A stretch of 13,310 bases of DNA from Candidatus Heimdallarchaeota archaeon. Its GTDB lineage: Archaea > Asgardarchaeota > Heimdallarchaeia > Hodarchaeales > Hodarchaeaceae. The DNA lies in contig DXJL01000092.1 of NCBI GenBank assembly GCA_019057635.1, positions 1 through 13,310 of the forward strand. Reading direction: 5' to 3'. Position 1 is the first letter of the stretch. The number at the start of each line of letters is the position of its first letter. Below are positions 7,985 to 13,310 of this stretch, in pieces. The notes beneath the pieces are model-generated. The model ran no database searches. It was not told the origin of the DNA and saw nothing but the letters and a program-made list of their open reading frames with translations. Both the position numbers and the translations under genes were made by a program.

Positions 7985-10321
7985 ATGAAATACGAGAAAT
8001 TTGTACCATTTTTAGTATTTGCACTGATACTTCCTACTCAGTTACTTTGTCAAATTAACACAGTAGATAGTTTAGAGCATAAATCTTTTCATTCTAAACC
8101 CCTAACAAAAGTAAATCAAGGAGATTTCGTTGTACAAACTCTCATCGGTCATGAATCTGAAGTTTGGGATGTAGCTTTTTCTCCTCAAGGGGATCTCTTG
8201 GCTTCAGCCTCTTCCGATAATTCAATCTTGGTCTGGAATATCAGCACAGGTGCAATCTTTCAGAACCTCACTGGTCATAATAATTCGGTTTTTTCCGTAG
8301 CATTTCATCCGTACGACTCCGTACTTGCTTCTGGATCGTTTGATAGGACAATATTCGTTTGGAATTTGACTACGGGGGAAATAATGTATAATCTCACAGG
8401 TCACACCTCTTCCATTTGGTCTTTGGATTTTAGTCCTGATGGATCGTATCTTGCCTCTGGTTCTGGTGACTCATCTGTAAGACTCTGGGACTATTCATCA
8501 TCGATTTCTTATTTAAACCTCACAGGTCATACTGGTGCTGTTAGGTCGGTTCAATTTCTTCCTAATGGAATACTAGCCTCTGGCTCATATGATAATAGTA
8601 TAATTCTATGGAATATAACATCAGGAAGTTTAGAAACAATTATTTCTAACAATAGTGATAATATTCTCTCGGTAGCTATAAATCCAACTGGAACTAAGTT
8701 GGTTTCAGGATCACAGGATAATCTCCTGGAATCTTGGGATTTGAAAAATTATGGGTTAAAAACTCATCCTACAAAGCTATTAAATGATTGGGTTCGTTCT
8801 GTTGCCTATAGTTATGACGGGTACTATCTAGCCTCAGGTTTGGAAAATGGAGAAATCATTATCTGGGATGACATTTCAAATATACTCGTCATAAATCTTA
8901 CAGGCCACACTCAATCAATTCGCGGTTTAGATTTTCATCCAAAAATTCCTCTTCTTGCCTCAGCATCTGGAGATCAGACTATTAAACTCTGGAATGTAAC
9001 AGATTTAGATAAGGATCAATTACCCGATTCTTGGGAAATAGAGAATGGATTATATCCATCTAATGAAGATGACTGGGCTACCGATCCTGATGGTGATGGT
9101 TTATCGAATATTAATGAGTTTATATTTGGTACAAACCCCCAATTAGCTGATAGTGACTTAGATCAGATGTCAGATTATTATGAGTTTATCTATGGTTTAA
9201 ATGGCAGCTACAATGACGCAAGTGCTGATAATGATCATGATGGTATGCCTAATCTTTATGAATTTCTTAATAATCTCAATTCTGCATTAAATGATTCAAG
9301 CATGGATGCCGATCATGACGGTATGCCGAATATTTATGAATATAAAAATGGGCTTGAAGCTGGTAAAGATGACGCAGACAGCGATTTAGACAACGATGGT
9401 CTACCTAATATCTATGAATATCGTCATAACTTTATCATTGGAATTAATGATGGTGAAGACGACGCAGATTCGGATGGATTAACCAATAGAGAAGAATTTT
9501 TGCTTGGTACTAATCCTCGTGATCCTGACAGCGATAACGATTTTTTCAATGATTATCTAGAAAGTACATTTGGTAGTGATCCGAAAAATTTCTTTTCGAA
9601 TCCAATCACAATTATTCTTGCTATATTAGTAGTCATTTCATTTGTAGGAGTCATCATTTTCAGTACCATCAAGGCTTTTCCCAAGATAAAGGCAAAATCC
9701 AATGCTTACGGTAGAGACATAAAAACTAAGGCTAAAAACATTATTGAATATTACCGGCCTAAACCTCAACAAACATGGGTTCAAGATCTGGTAATGGGCA
9801 AAGCAATTCATGTTGATACGTTATCTTCAGAATTAGAAACTCGTAAACTTAAGCTACCAAATGCTGTCAAAGCTTCCTTAACCCCTCTAAGAATAATGAA
9901 TAAATCTCTTGTACTTAGATCCGATATGTTACTGTTAGAACCGACTCCGCCAAAGGAAACTAATTGTCAAGTTTGTATCGGAGAGATATCTGATCAGCAG
10001 TACCTGCAATGTAATTCTTGTAAAAGATTTGTCTGTATCCATGATTATGTTGATTTAGCCACAGTTGGTTCTACTAATTGTCCTAACTGCTCTGGAGACT
10101 TAGTTATGTTTCCTTTTAGTTGTAAGGGATGTGGATTAGATTTTAGCTCGGTAATTGAAATAACAGGGAAATCAGGTTGTCCCTTATGTGGTTATACACT
10201 AGCTGATCAATTAACTCTCATTAAAAGCGTAACAGCAGGGATTGCTCCTTCTAAAATTACAGAAACTCTTCAAGCAGAGAATGAACAGGACACAAAACCA
10301 GATCTAAAGAGAAAACCCTAA
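7985..10321 (+). CDS. Single-pass membrane protein: signal peptide, 7x WD40, 8x DxDxDG-type Ca-binding repeats, TM helix, cytoplasmic RING-like finger and zinc ribbon
   Basis: Hydrophobic N-terminus; WD40 repeats at aa ~51-338; acidic repeats at aa ~340-535; TM ITIILAILVVISFVGVIIFSTI (aa 541-562) followed by a Lys-rich stretch; Cys clusters at aa 661-702 and 713-735. GGTG SD-like motif at 7976-7979. Confidence 0.85.
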   Translation: MKYEKFVPFLVFALILPTQLLCQINTVDSLEHKSFHSKPLTKVNQGDFVVQTLIGHESEVWDVAFSPQGDLLASASSDNSILVWNISTGAIFQNLTGHNNSVFSVAFHPYDSVLASGSFDRTIFVWNLTTGEIMYNLTGHTSSIWSLDFSPDGSYLASGSGDSSVRLWDYSSSISYLNLTGHTGAVRSVQFLPNGILASGSYDNSIILWNITSGSLETIISNNSDNILSVAINPTGTKLVSGSQDNLLESWDLKNYGLKTHPTKLLNDWVRSVAYSYDGYYLASGLENGEIIIWDDISNILVINLTGHTQSIRGLDFHPKIPLLASASGDQTIKLWNVTDLDKDQLPDSWEIENGLYPSNEDDWATDPDGDGLSNINEFIFGTNPQLADSDLDQMSDYYEFIYGLNGSYNDASADNDHDGMPNLYEFLNNLNSALNDSSMDADHDGMPNIYEYKNGLEAGKDDADSDLDNDGLPNIYEYRHNFIIGINDGEDDADSDGLTNREEFLLGTNPRDPDSDNDFFNDYLESTFGSDPKNFFSNPITIILAILVVISFVGVIIFSTIKAFPKIKAKSNAYGRDIKTKAKNIIEYYRPKPQQTWVQDLVMGKAIHVDTLSSELETRKLKLPNAVKASLTPLRIMNKSLVLRSDMLLLEPTPPKETNCQVCIGEISDQQYLQCNSCKRFVCIHDYVDLATVGSTNCPNCSGDLVMFPFSCKGCGLDFSSVIEITGKSGCPLCGYTLADQLTLIKSVTAGIAPSKITETLQAENEQDTKPDLKRKP
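8135..8998 (+). repeat. Seven WD40 repeats (42-aa / 126-bp period)
   Basis: GH...LASGSxD..I..W[DN] units. The NLTGH codons start at 8264, 8390, 8516 and 8894, which are multiples of 126 bp apart. Confidence 0.92.
9002..9598 (+). repeat. Eight thrombospondin-type-3-like DxDxDG(L/M)x(N/D)xxE calcium-binding repeats
   Basis: Units start at 9002, 9083, 9149, 9227, 9305, 9383, 9461 and 9527. The five units from 9149 to 9461 have an exact 78-bp period. Confidence 0.88.
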
Positions 10322-10323
10322 TA

Positions 10324-11475
10324 TCAATCACTCATTGAGTTCATGAATCTATCACCTATTTCTTTTGGTGTTAAAGGGATTTTTCCGACCTCCGCATTTA
10401 ATGGTCTGATAAATATCTGAATGAATTGATAATCAGATAAATTAGGAACTAATGCCATTAAATTTGATCTATCACTGATATTAGCGAACTTAGACGGTTG
10501 GAATCCAAATCCGTGTACCACAATGCTAAAATCAATAAATCCTAAATTATAAAGGGTCGGTTGATTCCCTGTTGAACCATAACTCCCATTATTCAAACAA
10601 ATTATCGTTAAATTATTAGGCGAATATGCAGTAATCATTGGAAGAATACCAGGACTCATCAACATACTCCCGTCTCCTTCAAGGACATAAATTTGCTTAT
10701 TTGGTTGATACCTAGCTATACCAATGCCGATAGCACTCACTTGTCCAAAGCTCCCAGTCATATAGAAAAAATGTGATTGATCGTTCACATGGTATAATTC
10801 TCGTGCTGGAAATCCAATATTAGCGATGATAAGATCTTTCTTAGTCATATTATCAGTAAGGTCTTTAAGAACGTCTATTCGGGTCATACTGGGATTAACA
10901 GTGCAATTTTTTTGTTTCACCTCTTCTTGATAATGCTTTAGATGTGAAACTTCAAAAGTTTTTTCAGAGTACAGATCTTGCGACTTTGTCCATACTCTTG
11001 GGGAACAAAGGAGGACTAATACTTTCCGTTGTTCATACACTTGAAGAATTTTGTCTCCAAATGATGCTATATCGGTACTCTCATCTATTATGTGAGTTTC
11101 TATATCCAAAGCTGTAAGAAGCTTTTCTACAACCCTTCCAAAAATTTTCTGTGCAGCGATTGGTTCATCGATTACTCCTCTCCAGCTTGCCATTATCAGC
11201 AGGGGGAATTGATATGTTAATGTCAAGGAGGCAATAGTATTAAGGATGTTTCCTATTCCTGTACTCTATATTAGCATAGCTGGTTTCATACCAGCCATAT
11301 ATGCACCTGCAGCAATACCTACACCGTGTTCTTCACGGGTAATTTCTAGAATGTCAAATTCATCGGTTTCGGAAAGTAAATTCAATATTGTTTGTAACCG
11401 AGCACAGGGATTCGTTAAGAGAACATTTACTCCAGTCTCACTTAATACCCCTAATAATTGCTCCTCAAAGATCAT
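10324..11475 (-). pseudogene. comDE: Fused sulfopyruvate decarboxylase ComDE-like TPP enzyme (383 codons) interrupted by one in-frame TAG at 11266-11268; pseudogene, sequencing error or read-through
   Basis: ORFs 11266..11475 and 10324..11226 are in the same frame. Reading through gives ...[37 protein letters not shown]..., matching ComD-type 'MQNSGLGN..NAL.SL'. The ComE-like half has ANIGFPARELY, FYMTGSFG and the TPP motif GDGS...NNGSYGSTGNQ. Phosphonopyruvate decarboxylase is the main alternative call. Confidence 0.8.
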
Positions 11476-11481
11476 TCATTT

Positions 11482-12675
11482 TCACACATTAAACAGCGAA
11501 TAAAAACCTAGCAAAGCATACAAGGCGGTCCCTTTCCAAAGTACTGCTTCATCTACATCAAAGTGAGGATGATGATGGGGCGAAGTGATACCTTTTTCCT
11601 CATTATATATTCCCAAGGTTAGAAAGGCTCCCTTGGTCTTTTGTAAATAAAAAGCGAAATCTTCACCACCCATAGAAGGATCCATTGAGACATAACTTAG
11701 TTCAGTGCCTTTTAAAATTTCAATTACTTCATCTACTGATTGAGCATCATTTATTAGAGGAGGATATGGTATCATGTCACCTTCATTGAAGGCTACTGAT
11801 CCTTCACATCGCCAAGCTTTGCAATATCCTTGTACAATCTCTGGAATTCTTGTAACGATGTGATCTCTAATCTTGGGATCCATAGTTCTAAATGTACCTT
11901 CCAACTTCGCTTCTCGTGGGATCACATTAAACGCGTCGCTTGCTTGCATAACTGGAGTGGTAATAATAACATCACTAAAGGGGTCTATCTCGCGAGAGAC
12001 TATTTTCTGGAGAGCATTATAAATATCGACAAGAACTGCGGTGGGATCAATGGTTTGGTGAGGTGCAGCGGCATGGCCTCCTTTCCCAGTAATAATCACC
12101 GTAAATGTATCTGCAGAAGCCAACATAGCCCCTTTTCGTGAACCAATAATACCTGCTTCCAGTTCTCGCCAAACATGAATACCAAAGATTTTATCCACAT
12201 CATCCAGGTGACCTTCATCACAGATCAGTTTACCTCCTCCACCACCTTCTTCTGCAGGTTGAAAAAGGAGCTTTATGGTTCCAGAAAGTTGGCCACGATA
12301 TTTAAATATTAGTTTAGCAGCCCCTAACAACATAGCCGTATGTGCGTCATGCCCACAAGCATGCATCTTCCCAGGAATTGTACTTGCATATTCAACATCA
12401 TTTTCTTCTGTGAGATTTAAAGCATCAGTATCTGCACGTAATGCAATTGTTGGGCCAGTTTTCTTACCATTCAAAACCCCAATGACCCCTGTCCTAGCAG
12501 TTCTTATAGTATCAAAACCAAGTTTTTTTAATTCTGCTTCAATGAGATCACGGGTTTTTACTTCTTCAAAAGCTGTTTCGGGATGCATATGTATATATCT
12601 ACGTGTATTTATAACATAAGTCTCTATTTCCTTAGCTTCCTGTATAAGTAATTGCTTTAATTCTTTTACATTCAT
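11482..12675 (-). CDS. M20D family amidohydrolase (aminoacylase/carboxypeptidase-like)
   Basis: HMHPETAFEE, ALRADTDAL, MHACGHDAH, FQPAEE, GKGGHAA, GGEDF and HHPHFDVDE motifs. ATG 12675, with AAGGA upstream, is preferred over GTG 12690. A 6-bp gap separates it from comDE. Confidence 0.93.
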   Translation of the reverse strand: MNVKELKQLLIQEAKEIETYVINTRRYIHMHPETAFEEVKTRDLIEAELKKLGFDTIRTARTGVIGVLNGKKTGPTIALRADTDALNLTEENDVEYASTIPGKMHACGHDAHTAMLLGAAKLIFKYRGQLSGTIKLLFQPAEEGGGGGKLICDEGHLDDVDKIFGIHVWRELEAGIIGSRKGAMLASADTFTVIITGKGGHAAAPHQTIDPTAVLVDIYNALQKIVSREIDPFSDVIITTPVMQASDAFNVIPREAKLEGTFRTMDPKIRDHIVTRIPEIVQGYCKAWRCEGSVAFNEGDMIPYPPLINDAQSVDEVIEILKGTELSYVSMDPSMGGEDFAFYLQKTKGAFLTLGIYNEEKGITSPHHHPHFDVDEAVLWKGTALYALLGFYSLFNV

Positions 12676-13090
12676 TGTTACATCCTTCACTTGTCTTTTA
12701 GTTAAGAATTCATATTAATTATGACCTCATATTGATGATTATAAAACATATTTTGATATTGAAAGAGAATGAATATTGATAAAGGGTTGATAACTATCTG
12801 TTATTTTGGGGGTAAATAGGGACATTTATGGACAAATAGGAAAAGAAGATTTCAAGGGGATGAGAGAAACAGATAGCTAGTTACTGAAGGAAAAGGGAAG
12901 AAAAGGGGATAGAGATTAAAAAATAGCATTAACAGATGATTGAACCGATCTCATGAGATTATAACACTAGCAATGAACTAGTTTACCTCTTGATACTAGA
13001 ATAACGGAAAATAAGCAAATTTGATTTGGATCACGGGGTTTAATAGGTTTATAAGCAGAAAAGCTCCTACTCAATCAGTATTACTATATA

Positions 13091-13096
13091 TTTATA
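13091..13096 (+). promoter_or_regulatory. Putative TATA box for a leaderless or near-leaderless tnpB transcript
   Basis: TTTATA ends 26 nt before ATG 13123, which is typical archaeal TATA-to-start-site spacing. Confidence 0.4.
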
Positions 13097-13122
13097 GCTA
13101 GTACTAGTAAGGATGGTCAGGG

Positions 13123-13310
13123 ATGTTCCGTACACGAGGGTACAAGTACGAATTAAAAGTAAATAACAAGGAACGGACGCTACTAGCTAAATGTGTGGGC
13201 ATATCGCGATTTGCCTGGAACTGGGGATTAGCTGCGCGGAAATCGCGTTATCAAACCCAAACAGGTGCTGCTCGTTATACCGATGCCATGAAACAACATA
13301 AAGAATTAAA
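13123..13310 (+). CDS. tnpB: TnpB RNA-guided endonuclease (IS200/IS605/IS607 superfamily), N-terminal 62 aa, truncated by window edge
   Basis: Manual translation gives MFRTRGYKYELKVNNKERTLLAKCVGISRFAWNWGLAARKSRYQTQTGAARYTDAMKQHKEL. This fits the TnpB N-terminal pattern (A/G)YKxxL.P/N..Q...L....G..RF.(Y/W)N..L. It is absent from the ORF track because no stop codon lies in the window. Confidence 0.85.
   Translation, partial: MFRTRGYKYELKVNNKERTLLAKCVGISRFAWNWGLAARKSRYQTQTGAARYTDAMKQHKEL

Noticed and set aside
9002-9598. CRISPR array or DGR-like repeat
   Set aside because: The repeats are in-frame, degenerate mainly at synonymous positions and encode Ca-binding motifs. There are no identical repeats with unique spacers and no cas or RT gene.
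7985-10321. True integrin alpha orthologue
   Set aside because: The blades are GH-WD type with no FG-GAP motifs. The Ca-binding loops lie outside the propeller, and there are no thigh/calf domains or GFFKR tail.
11236-11265. Read-through-promoting hairpin 3' of the TAG (AGTA/TACT and AGGA/TCCT pairings)
   Set aside because: The stems are only 4 bp in AT-rich coding sequence, which is expected by chance. I cannot support it without folding and conservation data.
700-11268. Genome-wide TAG-to-Gln reassignment
   Set aside because: TAG ends the M19 dipeptidase at its family-typical 'VW*' terminus and also ends the CoA-transferase. No other gene in the window contains an in-frame TAG.
10324-11475. 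Separate comD (69 aa) and comE (300 aa) genes, or a programmed frameshift
   Set aside because: The two pieces are in the same frame, and the 39 nt between them encode conserved ComD sequence. The break falls mid-domain, not at the D/E boundary.
77-12619. Other short ORF-track entries (77-262, 2263-2469, 3031-3270, 3521-3757, 3860-4060, 4306-4575, 6690-6878, 8222-8404, 11246-11503, 11830-12141, 12275-12619)
   Set aside because: All are antisense to confidently identified genes and have no recognisable features.
12691-13122. Small protein, tRNA or tnpA remnant in the intergenic gap
   Set aside because: I found only very short ORFs, no cloverleaf, and no HUH or serine-recombinase motif by eye.

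Overview
AT-rich prokaryotic window with archaeal-style signals (TATA-like boxes, GGTG/GAGG Shine-Dalgarno-like motifs). The gene content suggests an Asgard archaeon such as Heimdallarchaeia; this is inference only. The left and right parts are a peptide/amino-acid scavenging neighbourhood: a partial CaiB/BaiF CoA-transferase, an AstE/AspA (M14-like) deacylase, an MFS transporter, an M19 dipeptidase, a hydantoin/Asp-Glu racemase, an M20D amidohydrolase, and a fused ComDE-like TPP decarboxylase interrupted by one in-frame TAG at a normally Gln position. The most interesting part is a tandem pair of surface genes at 5773-10321. The first encodes a C-terminally anchored protein whose integrin-beta-like vWA/MIDAS domain appears inserted inside an Ig-like fold. 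The second encodes a single-pass receptor-like protein with an extracellular, sequon-rich 7-blade WD40 propeller, eight DxDxDG-type Ca-binding repeats, a TM helix and a cytoplasmic RING-like finger plus zinc ribbon. Together they may form an integrin-analogous adhesion module coupled to a ubiquitin-ligase-like output (hypothesis). The window ends in the 5' part of a tnpB gene that the ORF track missed, with no tnpA upstream.
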